Assembly (NCBI GenBank): GCA_963703955.1
Contig: CAVPGK010000004.1
Span: 1 to 41,674 of the forward strand
Source of the DNA: Nitrospirota bacterium
GTDB lineage: Bacteria > Nitrospirota > Nitrospiria > Nitrospirales > Nitrospiraceae
Direction of reading: 5' to 3'
DNA: 41,674 nucleotides
This document shows positions 24,275 through 33,897 of the stretch, piece by piece. A program made the position numbers and the translations under genes. The notes below the pieces were generated by a model that was not told where the DNA came from, made no database searches, and saw only the letters and a program-made list of their open reading frames with translations. Numbering within the stretch: position 1 is the stretch's first letter; each line of letters starts with the position of its first letter.

Positions 24275-25876
24275 TCAGGCGGGATTGAGAACAGGAGGAA
24301 GGTGAACATCGGTCGTACCAGATTCAGTCTTGGCCGCGATTTTTGCCGTCGTGACCTTTTTCGGTTCCCCGCCTCGCACCCTGTGCATTTTGTCCCGCGT
24401 GTGGTAGGGTACCAGTCCTTCCAAGACTGAAGCCAACTTCTCGCAGGGCACATCCTCCAAAATCTTGACCGCCATCTTCGCGTTGGGTCCTGACCGGCCT
24501 CCGACATACACATCAACCGCATCCACAACCTGGCCGCCGATCTTGGCTTTCTTGCCGAGGAGGCCAATGTCCGCTACGGTATGGTTACCGCAGCCGGCCG
24601 GACAACCCGACCAGTGCATGGTAATCGGTTTGATCCCGTCGCCGAGGTTCGCTTCAAGCGCCTTGGCGGTCTCCATGGCTCGAGCCTTGGTCTCAATGAC
24701 GGCCAGATTGCAGTAGTCGATCCCGACGCAACTGACCAGTCCCTTCAGAATCGGCGACGGATTATACGCAAACCGTTTCAGCACGGGCTCTTCGGTCAAA
24801 TCTCCCAGCTTGCGGTCAGAGACGTTTGGCAGGATCAGGGTCTGAGCCGGCGAGAGACGGATCTCTCCGGTGCCATAGCGTTCGGCGAGCGCCGTAATTG
24901 CGAGCAGGTCGGTAGCCGTGATACGCCCGACGGGGACTTTCAGTCCCACATAGTTCAGCCCGGCCTGCTTCTGTCGATAAATGCCGCCATGATCCTGCAC
25001 GGACATCTTTCGAGCATCCTGCCCGGCGGGCAGCAGGGGCCGACCAACCCGGGCTTCCACTTCTGCCCGAAAACGAGCCTCGCCCCAGTCGTCCAGGAGG
25101 AACGCCAGCCGGGCGGTGTTGCGCGAGTCCCGAAAGCCGAAGTCGCGATACGCCAAAATCACGGCGCGACACACCTCCACCGCGTCGAAGGGCGTGATGA
25201 ACGCATCCAGTGGGCTGGCAATGCGATAGCCTCCCGATCCGATCTTGCCGCCCACCAAGATATTGAATCCCCTCACGTTGGCGCCGTCGATTTCGCGAGA
25301 GGCTGGGACCAACGCCAGATCCTGGGTCTCGGTATGAAGACAATTGTCCGGGCAGCCCGTGATGGTCACGTTGAATTTGCGGGGAAGGTTACTGTAGTCG
25401 CGGTTGTACAGGATTTCCTGCGTCAAGGCGGCGACCACGGGCGTGGCATCCAAGATTTCGTCCGAGGTCAGTCCGGCCACCGGACAGGTCATGATGTTCC
25501 GCACATTATCCATCCCCGTCTGCATGGAGGTCAGACCCACGGCCTCCATCGTGTCGAAGATGGCTGGGACGTGTTCGATCTCGATCTGGCGAAGCTGCAC
25601 CTGCTGGCGGGTCGTCAGGTCGAGCAGTCCATTTCCATACCGAGCGGCGATCTCGGCGAGCGTGCGCAGTTGATAGGATCCGGCGCGGCCTCCCGGAATC
25701 CGCACGCGGATCATGAAGTAGCCGGGCGTAGGGTTTCGTAGAAAGAGGCCATACCACTTCAGGCGTTGAATATCGCCCTCGGTGATCGATCGCCACCCGG
25801 CCTGCGCATATCCGGCAATGGCGTCGCGGATGTCGAGTCCGTCGCACTCGGCCTTGATCGCTTCGATCTTGTTCAT
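24275..25876 (-). CDS. nirA: Ferredoxin-nitrite reductase (siroheme/4Fe-4S, assimilatory)
   Basis: LKWYG, LTTRQ, GMDNVRN, NLPRKFN, SCVGIDYC and SGCPAGC cofactor-ligating Cys motifs; coupled to a nitrite transporter gene. Confidence 0.92.
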   Translation of the reverse strand: MNKIEAIKAECDGLDIRDAIAGYAQAGWRSITEGDIQRLKWYGLFLRNPTPGYFMIRVRIPGGRAGSYQLRTLAEIAARYGNGLLDLTTRQQVQLRQIEIEHVPAIFDTMEAVGLTSMQTGMDNVRNIMTCPVAGLTSDEILDATPVVAALTQEILYNRDYSNLPRKFNVTITGCPDNCLHTETQDLALVPASREIDGANVRGFNILVGGKIGSGGYRIASPLDAFITPFDAVEVCRAVILAYRDFGFRDSRNTARLAFLLDDWGEARFRAEVEARVGRPLLPAGQDARKMSVQDHGGIYRQKQAGLNYVGLKVPVGRITATDLLAITALAERYGTGEIRLSPAQTLILPNVSDRKLGDLTEEPVLKRFAYNPSPILKGLVSCVGIDYCNLAVIETKARAMETAKALEANLGDGIKPITMHWSGCPAGCGNHTVADIGLLGKKAKIGGQVVDAVDVYVGGRSGPNAKMAVKILEDVPCEKLASVLEGLVPYHTRDKMHRVRGGEPKKVTTAKIAAKTESGTTDVHLPPVLNPA

Positions 25877-26724
25877 GCGGAGACCGAGGGGGTGGGAACG
25901 GAACTCGGGACACTGGCCATTGCCATCCTGCTCGTCGGCCTCGCCTGCCGGTGAAACGCGGGGGCGCTGGCGACCCAGTACGCCCCGCCGACGAACACGC
26001 TCCCCCCGATCACATTACCGAGAATGACCCACCCCTGATTCCAAAGAAAGCCCGTCCAATTGAGCACCTCCGGATGCGGGAGGAACAGAGCGAGGCCCAA
26101 CAGCGACTGGTTCGCGATACTATGCTCAAAGCCGCTCCCGACGAATGCCAGCAAGCACCAGAAGATTAAAAACAGCTTCGCCATCTCATTGCTCGTCCGA
26201 CTTGCCGTCCAGAGGGCCAAGCACACCAGCCAGTTGCAGAGGACGCCCCGGAGCAAGAGTTCCCACCCGGAGAGCGTCATTTTGGTCGTGGCCACCTTCA
26301 TCACCAGGTCCAGTTGGGGCGCCTGCGAGAGGACGCCGGATTGCGCGACGAGCCAGGCGAGCCCCAGCGACCCCACCGCATTGCCCAGGAGCGAGACCGC
26401 GAAGATACGGGTCAGTGCACGCCAAGAGATCACGCGAGCCAGCGCCCCGATCGCACACACCATGTTGTTGCCGGTAAACAACTCAGACCCGGCAAAGATC
26501 ACCAGTGTCAGCGCGATGCCGAACGCCATCCCCATCACGAGCTTCAGCGCCGGCGAGCCGGCGACAGCAAACGGAGCGCCCACGCTGAAGATGAGGGTGA
26601 TCCCAAACCCCAAGTAGATGCCTGCCAGGATAGCCAGCAGAAAATAACCAACTGGCGACTGATCGAGGTATTCGACTTTGCTCACTGCGGTGCCTGCGAT
26701 GCGTTCGACGTCGGGTTTGACCAT
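25873..26724 (-). CDS. nirC: Formate/nitrite transporter (FNT) family, NirC-like
   Basis: GSELFTGN, CNWLVCLA, GFEHSIAN, GNVIGG signatures; 4-bp ATGA overlap with nirA. Confidence 0.9.
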   Translation of the reverse strand: MVKPDVERIAGTAVSKVEYLDQSPVGYFLLAILAGIYLGFGITLIFSVGAPFAVAGSPALKLVMGMAFGIALTLVIFAGSELFTGNNMVCAIGALARVISWRALTRIFAVSLLGNAVGSLGLAWLVAQSGVLSQAPQLDLVMKVATTKMTLSGWELLLRGVLCNWLVCLALWTASRTSNEMAKLFLIFWCLLAFVGSGFEHSIANQSLLGLALFLPHPEVLNWTGFLWNQGWVILGNVIGGSVFVGGAYWVASAPAFHRQARPTSRMAMASVPSSVPTPSVSA

Positions 26725-26753
26725 GTGGTGGCCCTCCTTGCTCAGGTGAATAA

Positions 26754-26769
26754 CGCAAGACTCTTGCCA
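26754..26769 (-). promoter_or_regulatory. sigma-54 -24/-12 promoter of nirC-nirA
   Basis: TGGCAAGAGTCTTGCG (GG-N10-GC), 30 bp upstream of the nirC ATG and its AAGGAGG RBS. Confidence 0.75.
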
Positions 26770-26997
26770 TCGAGGATGTCACCCGATTCGTGATTTTCAC
26801 AAGAATCTAGGGGAGGTGAGTCCACTGAAGAGCGGAGAGTCCGACAACTTTGACGGAGTTCCTACGAAAATGTAGGAGCCGCTCGTCGGCGCTTCCGTTC
26901 AAGACGGGCAATCCTTCTGGCTGTCCGAAGCGAATTGAAGACTTCGACCGCAGGAAGGTATATTTCTTCTTCTATGTAACATGATGCCGTTGAAGCC

Positions 26998-27450
26998 ATG
27001 AATTTTCGCGCCGCTCTCATTCTCCTTGTGCTCGGCTTCATGAGCCTGCTCATTGTCATGGGCGCTCTCGCGTTCGTCAGTCGGCTGAAGACCGCCTATC
27101 CTCAGCACTTTCGCTCGATTCTTGTGGCGCTCTGCCTGGTGGTTGTCGGCTTGGGGATTTGGGGATACATGGAAGCGAGCGGCGATCCCGCGTTCCACAC
27201 CGGCGACCTCCTCACCCTTCAGGAACCTGTCGTCGCGCGCCTGGCGGCTGTCGGCCGCGGCGAACGTAACACGGCCTGTATCATTGACATCTACGAGCAT
27301 CTCGCTGTGGTGGAAGTGCGAGCAGGGACGCTGAGCGCGCGCGTCGAGAGCAACAATACGTCAGGCCCGAGCTTTTGTCCGATCGGCGTCGAGGTGCAAG
27401 TCGAACGAACGTGGCTCCATCTCTATACCCTCACGCACCGCCATTCCTGA
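26998..27450 (+). CDS. Hypothetical membrane protein (two N-terminal TM helices plus Cys-pair domain)
   Basis: 150-aa ORF, two hydrophobic segments, coding-like composition. Confidence 0.65.
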   Translation: MNFRAALILLVLGFMSLLIVMGALAFVSRLKTAYPQHFRSILVALCLVVVGLGIWGYMEASGDPAFHTGDLLTLQEPVVARLAAVGRGERNTACIIDIYEHLAVVEVRAGTLSARVESNNTSGPSFCPIGVEVQVERTWLHLYTLTHRHS

Positions 27451-27554
27451 CATAGGCCACCGGCTGAGGTCGAAGTAAATGGATGCGCGACCAGTACTTG
27501 GGCGATCCAGGGTCGTGTAGTACACTGTCGTCATACAACTGTGAGGGGGCATGC

Positions 27555-27814
27555 ATGCCAATTAGTGTACGGGTCGACATGAAGACAGAACGAGTGATCG
27601 AACGACTCGCCAGGAGAAGAGGACAAACGAAGTCCGAGGTCATCCGAGAGGCGGTTGACCTGCTGGCCAGGCAGACTGATGAAACCGAGAAGAGCGAGCA
27701 CCCTACGAGGCTATTCACGACTTGATTGGCTGTGTGCGAGGCGGTCCTCCCCATTTGTCTGCGCGTACGGGAGAGCAATTCCGACGGCTTCTTGCGAAAA
27801 AACGCAGGGCCTAA
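27555..27814 (+). pseudogene. CopG/RHH antitoxin (VapB-like), frameshifted near 27700
   Basis: MPISVRVD...LARRRGQTKSEVIREAV RHH; tail YEAIHDLIGCVRGGPPHLS...* in a shifted frame; GTGTAGTACAC palindrome at 27515-27525 upstream. Confidence 0.75.
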
Positions 27815-27815
27815 C

Positions 27816-28175
27816 ATGTTGTTAGTGGATGCCGATCCTCTGGACGCTCATTCACGGGAAGATCATCACCACGAGCGCTGCAAGGCTGTCTTACAATCGC
27901 TGCACGAGCCTCTAGGGACCGTCTGATCGGTTTTTACGTAAGCCATGTATCTTTTGAACTTCTCGTGGAAAGCCCAGGAAGCGCTCTGGGAAATGATTGA
28001 ACGGCACGTGCTCGTGGTGTTGTCCTTAGAGGCGGATGATATGGCGCGCTTGCGGAGCGGCGCTGGTCCGCGCGCAGAACGCGAAAAGATTCGGCGTATC
28101 TTCACGCTTGATCGTCGCGATTTTGAGGTCTACCGGCCGTCCCGGATTGGCCGGTTCACATTACTACCTAGCTAA
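27816..28175 (+). pseudogene. PIN-domain VapC toxin, decayed
   Basis: MLLVDADPL...DHHHERC..., in-frame stops, internal deletion, C-terminal IFTLDRRDFEVYRP PIN motif. Confidence 0.8.
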
Positions 28176-28516
28176 GAGCGGCGGTATTGGTTTCAACCTT
28201 CAACCGCCACTTCACGCCGATACGCTAGTCGCAAATCTATCATCCTAGAGCGCATCCGTGTCATTCTGCTGGGAGTTACAGACCTTCGAGTTCCCCGCTG
28301 GGCAGTGAAGCTGCAGTATGATGAGATGCTTAGCTGTGCTGATTGATATTTGACCATGAGGAGGAAACGTGTTATTCCCATTATCATTGCATGACCACCG
28401 ACCGATGAGATGGAGGCTCGGAACTTCTACCTATCCCACATGATCGGATTGAACGGGTGAAGATGGCGAACCGAAAAGAGCCGGGGCTAAAGGCTTCGAA
28501 GATTCGGAGAACAACC

Positions 28517-28837
28517 ATGGACCGTCGGAAAGGCGTTCGTTTTGCGGCGACTTCATTCTCTCCGGTGCCCGTCTCCTTTTCGGGAGACGCGAAAGGCGCC
28601 GGCACGCTGTACGACATCTCAGAGGGCGGTTGTAAGATCGACAGCAGCGTGACTCCTCCTTTAGGAGCCTCTCTCACATTACGACTTTCGCTCTCCGATC
28701 GAACACCACCGCTGGTGATCCAGGCGGGCATTGTCGGATGGACCATCAAGAACAAATTTTTTGGCGTGAAGTTTGTAACCATTAACCCGAGCGAACAGCG
28801 GGCGTTGAATCGGTACCTCACAAGCCTCAACGGATAG
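28517..28837 (+). CDS. Stand-alone PilZ domain protein 1
   Basis: RRKGVR (RxxxR), DISEGG (DxSxxG), FGVKF; RBS GGAG. Confidence 0.88.
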   Translation: MDRRKGVRFAATSFSPVPVSFSGDAKGAGTLYDISEGGCKIDSSVTPPLGASLTLRLSLSDRTPPLVIQAGIVGWTIKNKFFGVKFVTINPSEQRALNRYLTSLNG

Positions 28838-28877
28838 TGGGAGCCTGGGCGAGGCAGGCGTCGAGGAGTCGATCTGC

Positions 28878-29366
28878 GTGGAGCACAAGAGACGTCTGAT
28901 CAAGTCACTGACGTGGGTGCTGGGAAGCTTCCTTGTGCTCTCCCGCTTCGCCTGGGCGGACCCCCTACTCGGTAAGATGCAATGCCTCTCGCTGCAAGCC
29001 ACCGTCTTAGAAGTCGGGGAATCCCTTGGCATTACGCCGGAGGTTCTCCGTGATGCCATGCGGACTGCGCTGAAGGCTCAGTTGCCCGACCTCAAGACCG
29101 ATCCGGCTTGTCCGAACCGACTCACCTACAAGGTGTATCTGCAAAATCTCTCGACGGAGACATTCCATGGCTTCTATGGCCACACTGGCTTGGAAGCCAG
29201 ACGCAAGGCCATGTTTCAAGAGACCGGTATCCCCGCTGAAGTTCGGGCCTGGGACCTGGAGTCGTATCTCCATGGAACGCGAGACAAAGCTAAACTCGCG
29301 GTGTTGGATCAACTCACCAGTCATCTGACTCAATTTGCGACTGACTACAAGGCCGCGAACAAGTGA
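28878..29366 (+). CDS. Hypothetical exported protein
   Basis: Signal peptide ending AWA; two Cys; RBS GAGGAG. Confidence 0.65.
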   Translation: MEHKRRLIKSLTWVLGSFLVLSRFAWADPLLGKMQCLSLQATVLEVGESLGITPEVLRDAMRTALKAQLPDLKTDPACPNRLTYKVYLQNLSTETFHGFYGHTGLEARRKAMFQETGIPAEVRAWDLESYLHGTRDKAKLAVLDQLTSHLTQFATDYKAANK

Positions 29367-29534
29367 ACGAGCCACTGCGACCACACGAATTGGGCTGCCA
29401 TCCTAAAGAAACAGTGGTCTGTTTCTCGCCGCTCGCTTTGAGATTCGTTGCGGGCCGTTGGTTCATCGCTATTGGCGTATGGGTCCTGCTCGATGCGCGC
29501 ACATGATCGCATAGGGTGATCGTAAGAGGTTCTC

Positions 29535-29858
29535 ATGGAGCAACGTCGGGATCAGCGCTTTCCGGTCCGCTTCCGGAGCGTGCTCTCCTCTGTCAATATC
29601 GGCGACTATGGCGGTACGGCACTTGACCTATCTCTGCGAGGTTGCAGAATTCAGAGTGACATGACTATCCTGGTAGGCATGCACGTGTCGCTGCGTATCA
29701 CGGTCCCGGGACAGGATGCGCCGATTCAAATCGAACGGGCGGCAGTGCGGTGGTCACGAGAACAAGAGTTCGGGGTGGAATTCATTGCCACGCGGTCGCG
29801 TGACGGTGATCGACTTCGCCAAGTCATGCTGGGCCTTGGACAGAACCTCAAGACATGA
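29535..29858 (+). CDS. Stand-alone PilZ domain protein 2
   Basis: RRDQR, DLSLRG, AAVRW, FGVEF. Confidence 0.9.
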   Translation: MEQRRDQRFPVRFRSVLSSVNIGDYGGTALDLSLRGCRIQSDMTILVGMHVSLRITVPGQDAPIQIERAAVRWSREQEFGVEFIATRSRDGDRLRQVMLGLGQNLKT

Positions 29859-29970
29859 GAGATCATGCTACCTTCGACGGATATCCTGCTACCTTCGTTG
29901 ACTTGGCGCCGACCTCCGATCATGGAAAAGTGAATGAGGAGTGTTCGTCCGGACTGCTTGAGGGTTCCCT

Positions 29971-30333
29971 ATGCCGACCCGCTATATCATTCGCTCCCAT
30001 TCGCGGTTTTCCACGAAGTGTCCCGTCTATTATCTAGGGTCTGATTTCCTCGGAAAAGGTACGGTGCGAGACCTGTCCCCCAAGGGCTGGAGTGTGGACG
30101 GCGACCATGCTGTCGAGCCGGGGATGACCTTGACCTTGGCCGTCTTCGTGCCTGACCACGACGCGATTAGGGTTGAAAAAGCCCTTGTGCGATGGGCAAG
30201 GGATGGGGTCTTCGGTCTCAGAATCCTTGTCATGGAGCCGGGAGAATCGGCTCGGCTTGAACAGCTAGTCACGAGCCTGCTTCGCCAACAGAGGTTCCAC
30301 GCGTTGGGCTCTTATTCGTCCCTCCTCCGTTAG
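29971..30333 (+). CDS. Stand-alone PilZ domain protein 3
   Basis: RSHSR, DLSPKG, ALVRW, FGLRI. Confidence 0.88.
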   Translation: MPTRYIIRSHSRFSTKCPVYYLGSDFLGKGTVRDLSPKGWSVDGDHAVEPGMTLTLAVFVPDHDAIRVEKALVRWARDGVFGLRILVMEPGESARLEQLVTSLLRQQRFHALGSYSSLLR

Positions 30334-30604
30334 AGAGTTGATCCACGAGCACCCGAGTCGTGCGAATCCTGTTCCCGTCTGACTGACCTTCACCAAAATA
30401 GATGCCGATCGTTCTCTCGGGCCTCCCGGGTCTACTTGATCCGGATTGAGAGGAGTCCTATCGGCAACAAATTTGGACTGCTCGCAATGATTGAAGTAAT
30501 CAACGGCGAATGGTAAAAGTACGATGTCACTTCCGATCAGGTCCAAAGGCCTCAGCTCTCGGAGTCGAACAACCGTTCGGTGAGATATTGAAAGGAAGAA
30601 ACGA

Positions 30605-31054
30605 GTGAAGCACGCCACTGAACGGAGCTCCATCGATAATCGCCTTCACCCGCGTATTTCACTCCAGTGTTCGGTCATCTTGGCGAACGACAATTTTGTC
30701 ACTGAAGGAACGGTTCTCAATCTCGGCGTCGCCGGCTGCGCCGTCGCAAGCGACAAGACACCTGCTAGGGGAGAGTATGTGGAACTCGATCTACGTCTTC
30801 CTGATCAGAAGCAGGCATTACGTGTGCCGGTGGCGAAGGTGCGGTGGGTGGAGAAGGGACGGTGCGGGGTCGAATTTCTCAAGTTTACGTGGGAACACGA
30901 AATCCGATTAGGTCATTTGGTGGGGGCCTACAAGCAGCAGGGCGCGGATCAACCAACCGTGGGAAAAGCCAATGAGGCGTCCCAGTGGTCCCGTTTCCGC
31001 AGCAGCACAAGCCGCTTCATGAACTACATTCGAACGAGGCTTCGACTCCAATAG
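30605..31054 (+). CDS. Stand-alone PilZ domain protein 4 with C-terminal extension
   Basis: RLHPR, NLGVAG (degenerate D/NxSxxG), AKVRW, CGVEF. Confidence 0.85.
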   Translation: MKHATERSSIDNRLHPRISLQCSVILANDNFVTEGTVLNLGVAGCAVASDKTPARGEYVELDLRLPDQKQALRVPVAKVRWVEKGRCGVEFLKFTWEHEIRLGHLVGAYKQQGADQPTVGKANEASQWSRFRSSTSRFMNYIRTRLRLQ

Positions 31055-31344
31055 GAGGCGAGCGGCATCCAACCCCCCTGCGCGCCTACCAGATCCAATA
31101 ACAAGAGGATCAGGGACATCCTGTCATTGGGCTCGAAAGAGTCAGGCCGGAAGGTAGAAGACAATGTCCAGCGAGTAAGCTCTGCCACAGCCCATTGCAT
31201 TTCAAGTCGTTGATTGAAGGGGTGCAGTCTTTGCACGACCCCATCGATCAGCTATTAGCGCAGCGTGATCGTCATCTCCGGTGCGCGCTTCTAAGTGACC
31301 ATTCTCCTTAAAGAACCGTCTTCACATGATCGTCTCATCAGTGA

Positions 31345-31360
31345 CGGCACATCTGTTGCG
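31345..31360 (+). promoter_or_regulatory. sigma-54 -24/-12 promoter
   Basis: CGGCACATCTGTTGCG (GG-N10-GC); GTGCA-GTCTT-TGCAC palindrome at 31222-31236 upstream. Confidence 0.65.
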
Positions 31361-31439
31361 TTGTGAGGGGGTGTGGCGTTTGCTGAGCCGTTGTAGTCCA
31401 TGACGCAGACTAAAAGACGTAGGGCAGAAGCGGAGGCAC

Positions 31440-31550
31440 ATGAGACCCATCGCCTGTGCGCTCTGCGGTAAAGTTCTCACCGCTTCCATCTTTTGTGTTT
31501 GGCTGCTCATTGAGCTGGTGGTGTCGAACGACAACCGCATACGTCAGTAG
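31440..31550 (+). CDS. 36-aa membrane micropeptide with CxxC
   Basis: MRPIACALCGKVLTASIFCVWLLIELVVSNDNRIRQ; RBS GGAGG; first ORF with a clear RBS after the sigma-54 site. Confidence 0.45.
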   Translation: MRPIACALCGKVLTASIFCVWLLIELVVSNDNRIRQ

Positions 31551-31577
31551 GCATGCAAGGCGGCTGAGAGGTTCACC

Positions 31578-32093
31578 ATGATGTCGAAGGTGCTTGAGGT
31601 TGACCTGGCGACTCGCCTTCGGCGGATTACGGAAATCCTGGATGAGATCGTGCCGGAAGCAGAAGAGCACCGTGCGGCGGGTCAGCATTCGTCAGTACTC
31701 GCCTTGGAACACATTGCTCGAAACGAAATTGCTCAGGCTGCCTCCCTCCTGGGGAGCGCGCTCGGGAAGAATCCTCTCTGGCTTCGTGGTTATCTGCTCT
31801 TAGCAACAATCTACGAAGAAACACAGGCCACCCAGAAAGCCATCGGGTGGCTTGAGAGCGGTATCAACATCTGCCGGGCGAGTCTGAGATCCTTAGCCAT
31901 GCAAAGTTGCACACTGTCCATGAGCGGAACGTTCAGCCATAAGGTACGGTCTCGTATCCTGCATCGGGCTGCCCATTTCTCACGATACGAACAGATTCTG
32001 CGTCACCGGCTTGCCCCAATGCTGGCCAAGGCCGGTCATTTCGAGGAGGCGCTCCAATGCTGGACCGAGCTCGAAGACCTGCACTGCGCCTAA
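31578..32093 (+). CDS. TPR-like helical repeat protein
   Basis: AASLLGSALGKNPLWLRGYLLLATIYEETQATQKAIGWLESGI and LAKAGHFEEALQCW TPR-like helices; RBS GAGGT. Confidence 0.7.
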   Translation: MMSKVLEVDLATRLRRITEILDEIVPEAEEHRAAGQHSSVLALEHIARNEIAQAASLLGSALGKNPLWLRGYLLLATIYEETQATQKAIGWLESGINICRASLRSLAMQSCTLSMSGTFSHKVRSRILHRAAHFSRYEQILRHRLAPMLAKAGHFEEALQCWTELEDLHCA

Positions 32094-32203
32094 CTGCGCG
32101 CAGGTGCCCTCTTCACCATTAGGCAAGGCCGAGCGTGAGTCAGAGGTGAGAGGGATAGTGGATATCAGGAGCCACATGGCAACAACCAAGAGGAGGATCT
32201 GAA

Positions 32204-32386
32204 TTGGTGAAGACCTTGGATATAAAAGAGCAGGGAGAGCCGGTGCACTACTGTGATCGTTGTGCACGGCGGTCGCTGGACCTGGTCTTTGATGATCTCA
32301 GCCTACAGGAGATCTGCGCAGAGTGCCGACGAGAACTGGCGCGCCGGCGGGCGAGGCTAACCCAGCCTGTCAAGACAAGGTCGTAA
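32204..32386 (+). CDS. 60-aa zinc-ribbon protein (CDRC...CAEC)
   Basis: Two CxxC motifs; RBS GAGGAGG. Confidence 0.65.
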   Translation: MVKTLDIKEQGEPVHYCDRCARRSLDLVFDDLSLQEICAECRRELARRRARLTQPVKTRS

Positions 32387-32499
32387 GGCACTGAAGCCTG
32401 ACTACAGGTTCCACCCGCCACGAGTGGAGAAGCAGGGTATACACCCCTGCTGGTACGTGTTAGCATAGCCTTAGCCAATCTGGATCTTCACTTGCCTCC

Positions 32500-33897
32500 A
32501 TGTTCCGACCTGCCCAAGAAACACCGCTCTTCCGGAAAATTCCCTTTCGTCTGATCACTGCCGTCCTGCTGATCCTCGCTCTCGCAATCTCCGTGCTGCT
32601 GGTGTTCAGCCTGGAACACGAGAAGTTCGTGGTCCATGAGCTCACAAAGGGCAAGACGGTCCCGACGGAGCTGGTCTTGGCCCTCTGGCAATCCCGGCAG
32701 GACCTCATCGCGATCACCGTGCTCTTGTTTCTCGTCAGTGCCATGGGGATTGCCGCTGTTATCACCTTTCTCCACTATGACAGCACCCGTAGGACGTTGG
32801 AGGCAGTCAAGGGGCTCGCACGCAATATTCTTGAGAGTATCCCGACCGGCGTCCTGACGGTGAATCGGAGCGGCCTCATCACGGCAGTCAACCCGGCTAC
32901 AGTTTCGATTCTGAAACGCTCAGCTTCAGAATTGCTTGGGAATTCATATGAGTCGGTTTTTGCCGAAGGCGATACGATCCGGGTGGTGCTCGACGGCGCG
33001 CTCCATCGTCATCACCACCTCGATCACAAGGACTTACCGTATGAAGGAGACGGCCAGACGCTATGTACCATCCGTGTGACCACGGCGGACCTGACAGGCG
33101 ATGAAGGGCAGTCGGCTGGTGCTCTCCTACTAGTTGAAGACGCGACGGAGTTGCTGACTCTCGAGCAGCGCGTGCGCGTGGCGGAGAAACTGACAGGATT
33201 ACATACGCTCTCCGCCGGTGTGGCTCATGAACTGCGCAACCCGCTCAGCGCCATGGACCTAAACCTCCACCTGCTCGAAGAAGAGCTACGTGAAAAATGT
33301 ATAGTGCCCGCGCAGGCTGCCCACTATTTGCAGGTCCTCAACGCTGAATGCCGCCGCTTGTCGGTGATCCTCGACAACTTTATGAAGTTTTCCCGGCCGG
33401 AGCCGGTCAAGCTGCATGAGGTGGATGTCAGAGGCGTAATCGCGCATATCCTGGCACTGCTTCAGTACGAAGGGGAAGAGCGGAAAATTCGCCTCGTGCA
33501 CAGCCTCGAGGAAGAGCTTCCGCCTGTGTTGGGAGATGAGACGCAGATCAGCCAGGTGTTGGTCAATATTGTGGTGAATGCCTTTCAGGCCATGCCGGAT
33601 GGTGGCCTGTGTCACATTGTGGCGGCAGGCCGACAGATCGAGGGAAAGGACTGGATCGAGATCTCTGTGCAGGATACGGGCGTGGGCATCAAGAAAGAAG
33701 ATCTGTCCCGCTTGTATGAACCGTTCTATACCACGAAGGCTGGGGGCAGCGGACTTGGGCTGGCTGTGGCCTACCGGATTATCCAGGATCATGAAGGGAC
33801 GATTCAGGTTTCGAGCACGCCGGGTAGCGGAACCAGCGTGGTAATCAGGTTGCCGGTGGCCTCCGTCAGGCGCCAGACACTCATGGTGGGACGATGA
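32500..33897 (+). CDS. Membrane PAS sensor histidine kinase
   Basis: Two TM helices, PAS, AHELRNP, NIVVNA, DTGVG, FYTTK, GSGLGL. Confidence 0.95.
   Translation: MFRPAQETPLFRKIPFRLITAVLLILALAISVLLVFSLEHEKFVVHELTKGKTVPTELVLALWQSRQDLIAITVLLFLVSAMGIAAVITFLHYDSTRRTLEAVKGLARNILESIPTGVLTVNRSGLITAVNPATVSILKRSASELLGNSYESVFAEGDTIRVVLDGALHRHHHLDHKDLPYEGDGQTLCTIRVTTADLTGDEGQSAGALLLVEDATELLTLEQRVRVAEKLTGLHTLSAGVAHELRNPLSAMDLNLHLLEEELREKCIVPAQAAHYLQVLNAECRRLSVILDNFMKFSRPEPVKLHEVDVRGVIAHILALLQYEGEERKIRLVHSLEEELPPVLGDETQISQVLVNIVVNAFQAMPDGGLCHIVAAGRQIEGKDWIEISVQDTGVGIKKEDLSRLYEPFYTTKAGGSGLGLAVAYRIIQDHEGTIQVSSTPGSGTSVVIRLPVASVRRQTLMVGR

Noticed and set aside
24581..25741. 386-aa plus-strand ORF
   Set aside because: Antisense shadow of nirA
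30491..30503. Fnr box TTGAAGTAATCAA
   Set aside because: One base short of the TTGAT-N4-ATCAA spacing
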